A DNA stretch of 24,000 bases from Bdellovibrionales bacterium GWA2_49_15 (GTDB lineage: Bacteria > Bdellovibrionota > Bacteriovoracia > Bacteriovoracales > Bacteriovoracaceae): the NCBI GenBank assembly GCA_001769855.1, contig MEPP01000018.1, positions 9,547-33,546 on the forward strand, written 5' to 3'. The notes under the pieces are model-generated. The model searched no databases and was not told where the DNA came from. It worked only from the letters and a program-made list of their open reading frames with translations. Positions 1 to 6,794 of this stretch are shown in pieces (position 1 is the stretch's first letter; each line of letters opens with the position of its first letter). The translations under genes and the position numbers were made by a program.

Positions 1-54
1 CGGCACATCTAGAAAGACTTTTCTTCTGCTTGCTAACAAAGTACGATATTGGTC

Positions 55-360
55 ATGGAAAAAAATGATTGTTGTGTAGTCGGAGAATTTTTCAAACTTT
101 TTTCAAACCCACTGCGGTTGCGCATTCTTTGCGCTTTATCTGAGGGGGTGAAAACAGCGACGGATCTCACCAAAGAACTTAATGTCAGCAAACACAATCT
201 TTCGCAACAACTTAAAGTCCTTAACCTCGTGAACATAGTTGCTTTTGAAAAGAAAGGCCGTTTTATTTATTGCTCGATCGTAGATAAAGAACTTCTTCAC
301 TTATTTAAAAATATAAGCTCTCACAGAAGTTTAAAGCAATTTAAAAAACGTGGCAAATAA
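55..360 (+). CDS. ArsR/SmtB-family winged-helix transcriptional regulator
   Basis: The ORF spans 49..360, and I prefer the ATG at 55 over the TTG at 49. It has the typical ArsR/SmtB HTH core FKLFSNPLRLRILCALSEG..TATDLTKELNVSKHNLSQQLKVL and is about 100 aa. A vicinal Cys pair sits at the N-terminus (DCCVV). The classic ELCVCDL metal site is absent. Confidence 0.8.
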   Translation: MEKNDCCVVGEFFKLFSNPLRLRILCALSEGVKTATDLTKELNVSKHNLSQQLKVLNLVNIVAFEKKGRFIYCSIVDKELLHLFKNISSHRSLKQFKKRGK

Positions 361-399
361 TGGGAATAATGGGTACGAATAATGCGAATAATGGGTACG
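356..399. repeat. Tandem direct repeat, 2 x 22 bp (AATAATGSGAATAATGGGTACG), built from four AATAATG cores
   Basis: Direct reading gives 356-377 aataatgggaataatgggtacg and 378-399 aataatgcgaataatgggtacg, with one mismatch. The AATAATG cores start at 356, 365, 378 and 387. The repeat overlaps the arsR-like stop codon at 358-360. Confidence 0.85.
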
Positions 400-807
400 T
401 GATACTTTCCAGGAACTGCGCGCATACTGCTTGTATCGACGACAATTTTTGCAAAAACCACTCCGCAACGGAAGTGCGATGTGTGTAATGACGGATTTGG
501 GTTTTATTCACAGTCGTAAACGAAATAGCTGATGCACTTGTTACCATCTTTATCTTATGGATAAGAAATTATTGCAAGGGCCTGTACTTAACCTTTCTGA
601 TTATTGGCCAAATCGTGATCTTTTTCGAAGGTCAAAATAGAATCGAAAAGATGTTGCTCAACCTGACTTCAACCCTGACGTCCCTGCACGGCTGCTTCGC
701 ATTTCGCAGGGAGAGCGTGGCTGAAATGTTTGGTTTTTCGAATGTCCAGCGCACTTTTATTTAAAAATATTGCATCAAGGGCATTGTGGCCCTAGACTAC
801 TTATGAC

Positions 808-1146
808 ATGAGACAATTTAGAATCTCCACATTTATCGCATTATTCTTTCTTGGATTTTATAGTTTCCAAACGGTAGCGCAAGTCGCGCACATGGCTCAA
901 CATGCGACACTACATGTACAGTCGTCCGAGAAATCGGCCAGTCAACAAATCAATACTACACATACCAAGGCCCATGAATGTCCTTATTGTTCTTTCTTTA
1001 AGGAACACAGTGCCAAAATAATTTTTGCGACGTCTTTGGCCATAATTTTTGAAAATCTACCTGATTTAGTTGTGGTTACGAATTCATTTCTCGATGAGAC
1101 AGTTTTAATTTTTCATTCTGCGCGTGCTCCTCCCGCCGTTGCCTAA
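808..1146 (+). CDS. DUF2946-family protein (N-terminal signal/TM segment, HxCPYC motif, C-terminal ARAPP tail)
   Basis: A hydrophobic N-terminus (FIALFFLGFYSF) is followed by AHECPYCSFF and the C-terminal HSARAPPAVA. This matches the HCPYC ... RAPP pattern I recall for DUF2946 proteins. I see no clear Shine-Dalgarno sequence upstream. Confidence 0.6.
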   Translation: MRQFRISTFIALFFLGFYSFQTVAQVAHMAQHATLHVQSSEKSASQQINTTHTKAHECPYCSFFKEHSAKIIFATSLAIIFENLPDLVVVTNSFLDETVLIFHSARAPPAVA

Positions 1147-1187
1147 ATTCGTTTAAATTTATCATTTCTTTTTATTTTAAGGATTTT

Positions 1188-2279
1188 ATGAATAGTTTTA
1201 ATCAAACTGTAGTATTTGTTATGTTAACAGTTTTGCTCTTGGCGTCTCCTGCCTGGTCTCAAAGTGCAAAAGGTAAAGTCTTTAATCCCGACATGAGTGC
1301 CAATTTTTTAGGTTTGTTCCAGCGGGGCACGGCCCTCACTGATGATCGAACAGAAGTACCTCATAATGGCTTTTCTCTTCAAGAAGCCGAGTTGCAATTT
1401 ACCTCCGATGTGGATGCTTACTTCAAGGCCGTGGCCCTGCTTGGGATTGCACAGGAGGCGGGAACGACTGAATACGGAATAGACCCCGAAGAGGTCTATC
1501 TTGAAACCATCTCTTTACCGAATGTGGCCATTAAGGCCGGACAATTCAAGATGGCCGTAGGCAAACACAATCTTCTCCACAGCCATGCTTATCCCTTTTT
1601 AGATGCTCCACTGATTCATCAGGAACTTTTGGGCGATGAAGGGTTAACTGAAACTGGGGTTTCCGCTGCGGTTCTTTTTCCTTTCAGCTGGTTCTCTGAA
1701 TTAACTCTACAGGCCTTAAGTTTATCCAATGAAAATTTGTTCGCCAGTCCCAGCAGTAGTCAAACTGGTTCTTTGGCCCATCTTAAGAATCTCTGGGACC
1801 TGACTGAGAACCTGACGCTGGAGCTTGGTCTTTCAGGCGTCACGGGGAAAAATCATTTCGACAAAACAAGTACAGTCTTGGCAGGCGACCTAACTTTCAA
1901 GTGGCGTCCTGCTGAGGGCGGAAAATATCAAGCTTTCATCTGGTCGAGTGAGTTTCTAGACGGCAATCGCAAGGGGCTGACAGATGAAGTAACTGGCGAC
2001 CCGGCGGAACATTTAGGTGGCATGGCGACTTGGATTCAATATCAATTTGCCGCTCGCTGGTGGATTCAAGCACGCTATGAGGAGTTGGGGCTCCCACATC
2101 CAGCCAGCATTCCCTCAGAAAAGAAGCAAAGTGCCCTGATTGGTTTCTATCCCTCAGAATTTTCCGGTTTCAGATTTCAGTATGATCATTTGAAAACACA
2201 AGGTGTTGCGGATGATGATCATACATTTTCTCTTCAATACAACATTAGCATTGGTGCCCATCCCGCCCATGCTTACTAA
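1188..2279 (+). CDS. Outer-membrane porin-like beta-barrel protein associated with metal uptake loci
   Basis: It has a signal peptide (LLLASPAWS-QS). The N-terminal pattern is NPDMSANFLG...GFSLQEAELQFTSDVDAYFKA...PEEVYLETISLP..IKAGQFKMAVGKHNLLHSHAYPFLDAPL. That pattern is typical of a barrel family found next to metal ABC and TonB loci. The rest shows alternating beta-strand character, and the C-terminus is His-rich (GAHPAHAY). Confidence 0.6.
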   Translation: MNSFNQTVVFVMLTVLLLASPAWSQSAKGKVFNPDMSANFLGLFQRGTALTDDRTEVPHNGFSLQEAELQFTSDVDAYFKAVALLGIAQEAGTTEYGIDPEEVYLETISLPNVAIKAGQFKMAVGKHNLLHSHAYPFLDAPLIHQELLGDEGLTETGVSAAVLFPFSWFSELTLQALSLSNENLFASPSSSQTGSLAHLKNLWDLTENLTLELGLSGVTGKNHFDKTSTVLAGDLTFKWRPAEGGKYQAFIWSSEFLDGNRKGLTDEVTGDPAEHLGGMATWIQYQFAARWWIQARYEELGLPHPASIPSEKKQSALIGFYPSEFSGFRFQYDHLKTQGVADDDHTFSLQYNISIGAHPAHAY

Positions 2280-2291
2280 GGAAGCAAATAT

Positions 2292-3194
2292 ATGAAAACA
2301 TGCTACATATTCACCGTACTTTTTTTAACCACCTGGTCGTGCATCACCCATGCCAAACTTAGTGTTGTCACGACTACCACAGACCTTCGCGCCCTTACTG
2401 CAGAAGTAGGGGGAGAATTCATCACCGTCGATAGCATTGCCAAAGGCACGCAAGACCCGCACTACATTGAAGCCAAACCTTCTTTCATGATCAAAGTGAA
2501 TCGGGCAGATTTGCTCGTTTCCATTGGGCTTGAATTGGAAATTGGCTGGCTACCCAATATTATTCAAGGGGCCAGAAATCCAAAAGTCCAAAAATGGCAA
2601 AGGGGTAATTTAGAAGTTGGCCCGATGGTTGAACCACTTGAAGTACCAACAGGAAATATTTCTCGTGCTCTCGGCGATGTTCACCCGGACGGCAATCCTC
2701 ATGTGACGCTTGATCCAATAAGAGCGGGGCAAATCGCTCTCTTCATTGCTGAACGTCTTGGTGAACTCGATTCTGAGCATAAAGAGACTTTTGTAAAAAA
2801 TGCTCAAGCAATACAAACACGATTACAGGAAAAAACTAAAGTCTGGCAGAATAAAATCGATCACTCTGGAATAAAAAAGATTGTCACCTATCATAAAACA
2901 TTGACCTATTTTCTGAATCGCTTTCATCTGGAAAATCCTGCTATCTTAGAACCGAAACCTGGGATACCTCCCACTAGTGGACATATCATGGCGGTCATCC
3001 AACTGATTAAAGAACAGAAAATTTCCTTGATTCTAGTTGAGAATTTCTTTGATCCGACGGTTACGGAAAAGATTAAAAATAACGTGCCAACAATTCGTTC
3101 GGCCACTGTTGCCGTTGCGGTAGACGGAGCGCCAAATATTGCAACTATTGATGAACTTTTTGAAACCCTTATCAATACAGTGTGTGGGCGGTAG
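2292..3194 (+). CDS. Metal ABC transporter periplasmic substrate-binding protein (ZnuA/TroA/MntC cluster-9 family)
   Basis: It has a signal peptide and the metal-ligand motifs QDPHYIEAKPS and DGNPHVTLDP, plus TYHKTLTYFLNRF. At 300 aa it has the right size. It lacks the long His-rich loop of canonical ZnuA, so metal specificity is open. Confidence 0.85.
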   Translation: MKTCYIFTVLFLTTWSCITHAKLSVVTTTTDLRALTAEVGGEFITVDSIAKGTQDPHYIEAKPSFMIKVNRADLLVSIGLELEIGWLPNIIQGARNPKVQKWQRGNLEVGPMVEPLEVPTGNISRALGDVHPDGNPHVTLDPIRAGQIALFIAERLGELDSEHKETFVKNAQAIQTRLQEKTKVWQNKIDHSGIKKIVTYHKTLTYFLNRFHLENPAILEPKPGIPPTSGHIMAVIQLIKEQKISLILVENFFDPTVTEKIKNNVPTIRSATVAVAVDGAPNIATIDELFETLINTVCGR

Positions 3195-3196
3195 TT

Positions 3197-4039
3197 ATGC
3201 CAATTTCTGAAGTTATTACCTTTCTTGCGGCCCCTTTTGTGATGTGTCTCCTCTTGGCCGGTATCCACTGCTATCTGGGGTTGCACGTCCTGGCCCGAGG
3301 AGTGATTTTCGTTGATCTAAGTCTTGCCCAGGTCGCGGCCTTTGGTGCCACCGTCGCGATATTTTTTGGCCTTGATCATCATTCACCAGGAACATATTTT
3401 ATCTCTCTGGCAAGCACACTCGGGGCCGCGGCGCTCTTTGCCTTTGCCAGACGACACGAAAAATTATTTTCTCAAGAGGCGGTTATTGGGATTGTCTATG
3501 CACTTGCTTCTGCCGCCGTCGTTCTGGTGGTGGACAAAATCGCTCACGGCGCCGAGCACATCAAAGACATTCTCGTGGGGCAAGTGCTGTGGGTAAGCTG
3601 GCATGATGTCATCAAAACGGCATGCATCTATTGTGTGGTGGCAATTGTTCATTACATTTTTAGGAAGCAAATAATTGCTGCCTCATTTGAAGCCAACTCC
3701 CAGAAGACTGCATTTTGGGATTTTCTATTTTATGCCCTATTTGGTGTCGTCATCACTTCGTCTGTAAGCATGGCAGGAGTCTTACAGGTGTTTGCCTACT
3801 TAATTGTGCCGGCAGTGGTTGGAAGTTTGTTCTTTACCACGATCCGTGCGCGTCTGATCTTCGGTTGGATCTTCGGTCTTATTTTAAGTTTAATTGGGAT
3901 TATACTGGGCCACGTTTTCGATTTGCCAGTAGGCGCGCTTATCGTGGTTTGCTTTGCTTTGGTTCCTGTGATTCTGCTTTTGCTTTCACCAGTGCTGAGA
4001 AGAAAAAAGTTCGCTGCCGATACAAAAAATTGCGTTTGA
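3197..4039 (+). CDS. Metal ABC transporter permease (ABC-3 family, ZnuB/MntB/TroC-like)
   Basis: The ATG at 3197 lies 2 nt after the binding-protein stop, and the ORF track start at 3182 would overlap that gene. The protein is about 280 aa, highly hydrophobic, with about 8 predicted TM segments. Its position directly downstream of the ZnuA-like gene supports the call. Confidence 0.75.
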   Translation: MPISEVITFLAAPFVMCLLLAGIHCYLGLHVLARGVIFVDLSLAQVAAFGATVAIFFGLDHHSPGTYFISLASTLGAAALFAFARRHEKLFSQEAVIGIVYALASAAVVLVVDKIAHGAEHIKDILVGQVLWVSWHDVIKTACIYCVVAIVHYIFRKQIIAASFEANSQKTAFWDFLFYALFGVVITSSVSMAGVLQVFAYLIVPAVVGSLFFTTIRARLIFGWIFGLILSLIGIILGHVFDLPVGALIVVCFALVPVILLLLSPVLRRKKFAADTKNCV

Positions 4040-4083
4040 ATCAAAAGTAACCAGACCAACTTTACTTGAGTCGTTTTGTCTGT

Positions 4084-4338
4084 TTATTCGGATGCAGTGC
4101 CAGGTTTTTTCTTCAGCTCTTTTAAAATTTCATTTTCAAAATGTATAATTTTGGCCTTCTCGATGCGTGTTATGCGCTGAAAAACCTGTTTGAACCCTGT
4201 CTTCATCCACTGCAACTGCGTAGCATATTGAGAACAATATTTGCACATCATCAGATGCATTTTGAGTTCCAGCTTTTTCCCCCATGAAAGGTCTTCATCA
4301 GAACTCAAAGATCGTACAATTTCCTTACATGACAGCAT
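4084..4338 (-). CDS. Small soluble ZAS-type (zf-HC2, RsrA-like) anti-sigma factor
   Basis: The 84 aa protein has no TM segment. It carries Cys4 plus H-x3-C-x2-C (MHLMMCKYC). It lies 33 nt downstream of the ECF sigma gene on the same strand. Confidence 0.7.
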   Translation of the reverse strand: MLSCKEIVRSLSSDEDLSWGKKLELKMHLMMCKYCSQYATQLQWMKTGFKQVFQRITRIEKAKIIHFENEILKELKKKPGTASE

Positions 4339-4371
4339 ATGTTACCCTTTGGACACCTGAAGGCTCGGCCT

Positions 4372-4965
4372 TCAAGGCCTCGCTTTTCCCTCGATACATT
4401 CTCTCAGGCGATTTCGTGCTCGAAACAGGAGAACCCCTAGATTAGTGACAGTGACATTCAAAATATTGCAAATATCCGGGGAATCGTGATCGTCTATTTC
4501 CTTAAGGCAAAAGGCCATTCGTTGTGTGAGAGGAAGGCCATCCAAGCAATGCTCAATCAACTTCATGTTTTCAGTTGCTAAGATAAAACTTTCAGGGTCG
4601 ATAGGTGGTTTAGTCCATTTACCATTTTCATCAAAACGAGCTTCAACCACATCTTCTATGGGGTCATGGTTATGAGATTTTTTCTGCTCCCTCCGTTGTT
4701 CAGAGGCCTTGTTGTAGAGGATGCCAAACAGGAAAGTGCGAACGTGAGACTTCGCTTCAAATTTTGGGACGACATCATAGAAAGTCACCCAAACACTCTG
4801 CACAATTTCTCGGGCGATATTTGAATCAAAACCTAGCCCGAGGGCCCCTTTATACAAATGCTCCGTATAGGCCCGCACGACGGATTCGATCGCATCTGGA
4901 TCGCGGTTTGTTAATCGCCCTACAAACACACTCGATCGAAAATCTATTGAGTTTTCTTGTCCCAT
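4372..4965 (-). CDS. ECF-type RNA polymerase sigma-70 family factor
   Basis: A region-2-like segment reads AREIVQSVWVTFYDVVPKFE..SHVRTFLFGILYNKA. A region-4 HTH reads LPLTQRMAFCLKEIDDHDSPDICNILNVTVTNLGVLLFRARNRLRECI. At 197 aa it has the right size. Confidence 0.85.
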   Translation of the reverse strand: MGQENSIDFRSSVFVGRLTNRDPDAIESVVRAYTEHLYKGALGLGFDSNIAREIVQSVWVTFYDVVPKFEAKSHVRTFLFGILYNKASEQRREQKKSHNHDPIEDVVEARFDENGKWTKPPIDPESFILATENMKLIEHCLDGLPLTQRMAFCLKEIDDHDSPDICNILNVTVTNLGVLLFRARNRLRECIEGKARP

Positions 4966-4986
4966 AATTTTACTCGGAAATTCTTT

Positions 4987-5026
4987 TGTTTAGATATAAA
5001 CATAACCCAAAAAAAGCATCTAAACA
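4987..5026. promoter_or_regulatory. Perfect 9 bp inverted repeat TGTTTAGAT-N22-ATCTAAACA between marR-like and sigma genes
   Basis: Direct reading gives tgtttagat at 4987-4995 and atctaaaca at 5018-5026. The right arm overlaps the MarR-like stop codon at 5020-5022. Function is unknown; it could be an RNA hairpin or a protein-binding site. Confidence 0.4.
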
Positions 5027-5511
5027 ATACTCGTATTGATGCCTCGAAGAGTCCTTAAAAAATCTGGCGAGAGTCGTGGCATGAGCTTGGTAACACGTTT
5101 TATGTGGGGCGGGAGAATTTTTTCAAACAAGCGTTCTCCTTTCCGTGTCAGTTCCACGAGTTCTCGCCCGCCTCTTTCGCCTGTGGGAAGTGTCGTGGTT
5201 AGATGATCTGTCTCAAGGCGACGTAGAAAAGTGGAGATATTACCACGGGTCACACAGAGCCTTTGAGCAATATCAGATGCAGATAACGGGCCATAAAAAT
5301 AGACCAAAAACAGAATTTGAAAGCGTGAGATAGAGCAGTTTTCCTTCAGCAGCTCACGTTCTAATGTACGATATATCTTTTGAAATGATGCCATAAGCAC
5401 TCGCCAGCTTTCAACCTCCGGGAGTTTCAGTAGGTCATCAAGTTCGTGCTTTTTTTCACGTTCTCGGGCCCGAACTACTTTTGGGGGCGAAATGGTCTTT
5501 GATCTTTTCAA
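5020..5511 (-). CDS. MarR-family transcriptional regulator
   Basis: The winged-helix core reads ISRFQILFLVYFYGPLSASDIAQRLCVTRGNISTFLRRLETDHL...RELVELTRKGERLF. The start is uncertain. The ORF track start at 5511 is a TTG preceded by agagagga, and an internal ATG (Met40) is also possible. Confidence 0.75.
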   Translation of the reverse strand: MKRSKTISPPKVVRAREREKKHELDDLLKLPEVESWRVLMASFQKIYRTLERELLKENCSISRFQILFLVYFYGPLSASDIAQRLCVTRGNISTFLRRLETDHLTTTLPTGERGGRELVELTRKGERLFEKILPPHIKRVTKLMPRLSPDFLRTLRGINTSIV

Positions 5512-5591
5512 GTGTTCCGTTCCTCTCTTTACACATCATTGTCGATGAAATCGTACTTTGAACAACTTCCCCATGCAAGAGACATGAAGTT

Positions 5592-5855
5592 TCAAATACG
5601 GATTCTGCCTGCTATTCTTTCCGCCTCTTTTAATTTTTTAAAAACAGTTTCTTCGATCTCTGCTATTTGCTCTTTATCTACACGCATCGTTTTGGCAAAT
5701 AATGATTTTACCCTATGCTTCATGATCGTAAGATGAGTGGCATAGCTTGAGCAGTGTTGGCACATCAGAAGGTGCATTTTAAGCTCAGCCTTTTTCATTA
5801 ATGAAAGGCTTTCACCCGAATTTAAAATATGCACAATCTCTTTACAAGGCAGCAC
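5592..5855 (-). CDS. Second small soluble ZAS-type (zf-HC2) protein, paralog of 4084..4338
   Basis: The 87 aa protein has a GTG start 3 nt after the DUF547 stop. It has the same Cys4 plus H-x3-C-x2-C (MHLLMCQHC) and no TM segment. My hand alignment to the other copy gives about 39 of 76 identical positions. Confidence 0.65.
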   Translation of the reverse strand: MLPCKEIVHILNSGESLSLMKKAELKMHLLMCQHCSSYATHLTIMKHRVKSLFAKTMRVDKEQIAEIEETVFKKLKEAERIAGRIRI

Positions 5856-5858
5856 TAC

Positions 5859-6722
5859 TTATTCTCCATTAAGTGACCAATCGTAATCGAGATAACTTAT
5901 ATTAGCTTCCCTGATTACTTTCTTTTCATCAGGCGTCCTTCCCATTCGAGCGGCGACAAAAGATTGCACTGAACTCTCTCCATTTTTAAAATCAGCACCG
6001 TACCACTTAAAAATAGTCGAAAGATGAAGTTCAGAGGAATCAACAATAAAGCGATTGGAACTGGAATTATTAAGGAAACCATAAGTGGCATCTTCTAATT
6101 GTTCATTTAATCTCTTTGCAATATAGGCCTCTCTCCTTAGGGCCGGACAGCTTTTCGATGCACAGTTTACGGCAAAATGAATGCGGGGATCGTTGAATTT
6201 TTTAAGCCTCGAACGCAAAGATGGCTCAAGTTCTTGCACTGCCTTTACATCCTGGCGAATCAACCCCTGTTCAATATTATCCAAGTTACGTTTTGCACCA
6301 AGAAGTGTAAAAAAGTGTTTTTTCCAGGGACTGGAAAACAAACTTCCAATCTCCTTGATCGACTTGACGGGATAATGGTCTAAGATTAATTTAACCGTAA
6401 AGGCATTGTAGGCATTAATAAGGAAAGCAAGTTGTTCTTCGCGATTAAAAACGTGAAAACTGGACTGTGTTACGGATTCCAGTTCCTTTAAATATAACTC
6501 AAATTCTGATGATGAGTTGACCAGTTTGCCATAGGCCATCTGAGTTCCGTGTTCTTGGCTAGAAATATATTTTTTAAGAATACTGGTCCAACTTGAATGA
6601 TTATGATCAAAGTGATGTATTTCTTTAGCATGGGAACTTTCAAGTTCCGTGGCAAAACTTGAAGTAAGAACAACAAGGATTATCCCGCACAAGAGTGGTT
6701 TCATCATCATAAATTGGTTCAT
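5859..6722 (-). CDS. Secreted DUF547 domain-containing protein
   Basis: It has a signal peptide (KPLLCGIILVVLTSSFA). The DUF547 signature stretch reads LINAYNAFTVKLILDHYPVKSIKEIG...PWKK..F.LLG...LDNIE...DPRIHFAVNCASKSCPAL...FKWYGADF. A good RBS (aaagggga) lies 6 nt upstream of the ATG. Confidence 0.8.
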   Translation of the reverse strand: MNQFMMMKPLLCGIILVVLTSSFATELESSHAKEIHHFDHNHSSWTSILKKYISSQEHGTQMAYGKLVNSSSEFELYLKELESVTQSSFHVFNREEQLAFLINAYNAFTVKLILDHYPVKSIKEIGSLFSSPWKKHFFTLLGAKRNLDNIEQGLIRQDVKAVQELEPSLRSRLKKFNDPRIHFAVNCASKSCPALRREAYIAKRLNEQLEDATYGFLNNSSSNRFIVDSSELHLSTIFKWYGADFKNGESSVQSFVAARMGRTPDEKKVIREANISYLDYDWSLNGE

Positions 6723-6777
6723 CGGTCATCCCCTTTAATTTTCTTCTTAGCTATTAGTGAAGGTAGGCATGTTATTC

Positions 6778-6794
6778 TTACAAAACGCTTGTAA
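6778..6794. promoter_or_regulatory. 17 bp palindrome TTACAA-aacgc-TTGTAA in the divergent promoter region (candidate MarR-type operator)
   Basis: Direct reading gives ttacaa at 6778-6783 and ttgtaa at 6789-6794, which are reverse complements. The site lies between the DUF547 operon (start 6722) and the arsenosugar-type operon (start 6904). A sigma70-like TTGAAA (6815-6820)-N18-TAATAA (6839-6844) follows. Confidence 0.3.

Noticed and set aside
411-440. GGAAC box at 411-415 as an ECF-type -35 element
   Set aside because: The downstream spacing to a CGTC/CGAC-like -10 element is about 19-20 nt rather than 16-17. There is also no gene start within a reasonable distance.
341-547. 68 aa minus-strand ORF across the tandem repeat region
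   Set aside because: It translates the 22 bp repeats into low-complexity sequence (PIIPIICHVF...). It has no recognisable RBS or family resemblance and overlaps the arsR-like 3' end, so it is most likely non-coding.
557-634. 25-codon micro-ORF (MDKKLLQGPVLNLSDYWPNRDLFRRSK) starting inside the TCTTATGGATAAGA palindrome
   Set aside because: It has no Shine-Dalgarno sequence and no recognisable peptide class. It is too short to support from sequence alone.
721-807. Zur/Fur-type box upstream of the metal-uptake operon
   Set aside because: I looked for an AT-rich 7-1-7 or 9-1-9 palindrome around gaaatgtttggtttttcgaatgtcc. The arms do not pair convincingly, so no repressor box can be claimed by eye.
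2924-3286. Antisense and alternative-frame ORFs of 60-145 aa inside annotated genes. Examples are 2610..2816, 2924..3286, 3324..3596, 3715..4050, 8344..8697, 10746..11135, 12879..13211, 17196..17585, 18178..18540, 20491..20928 and 21052..21351
   Set aside because: All lie fully within longer ORFs that have strong family motifs. Their translations are low-complexity or Arg/Ser/Cys-biased, as is typical of shadow frames, and none has a recognisable domain.
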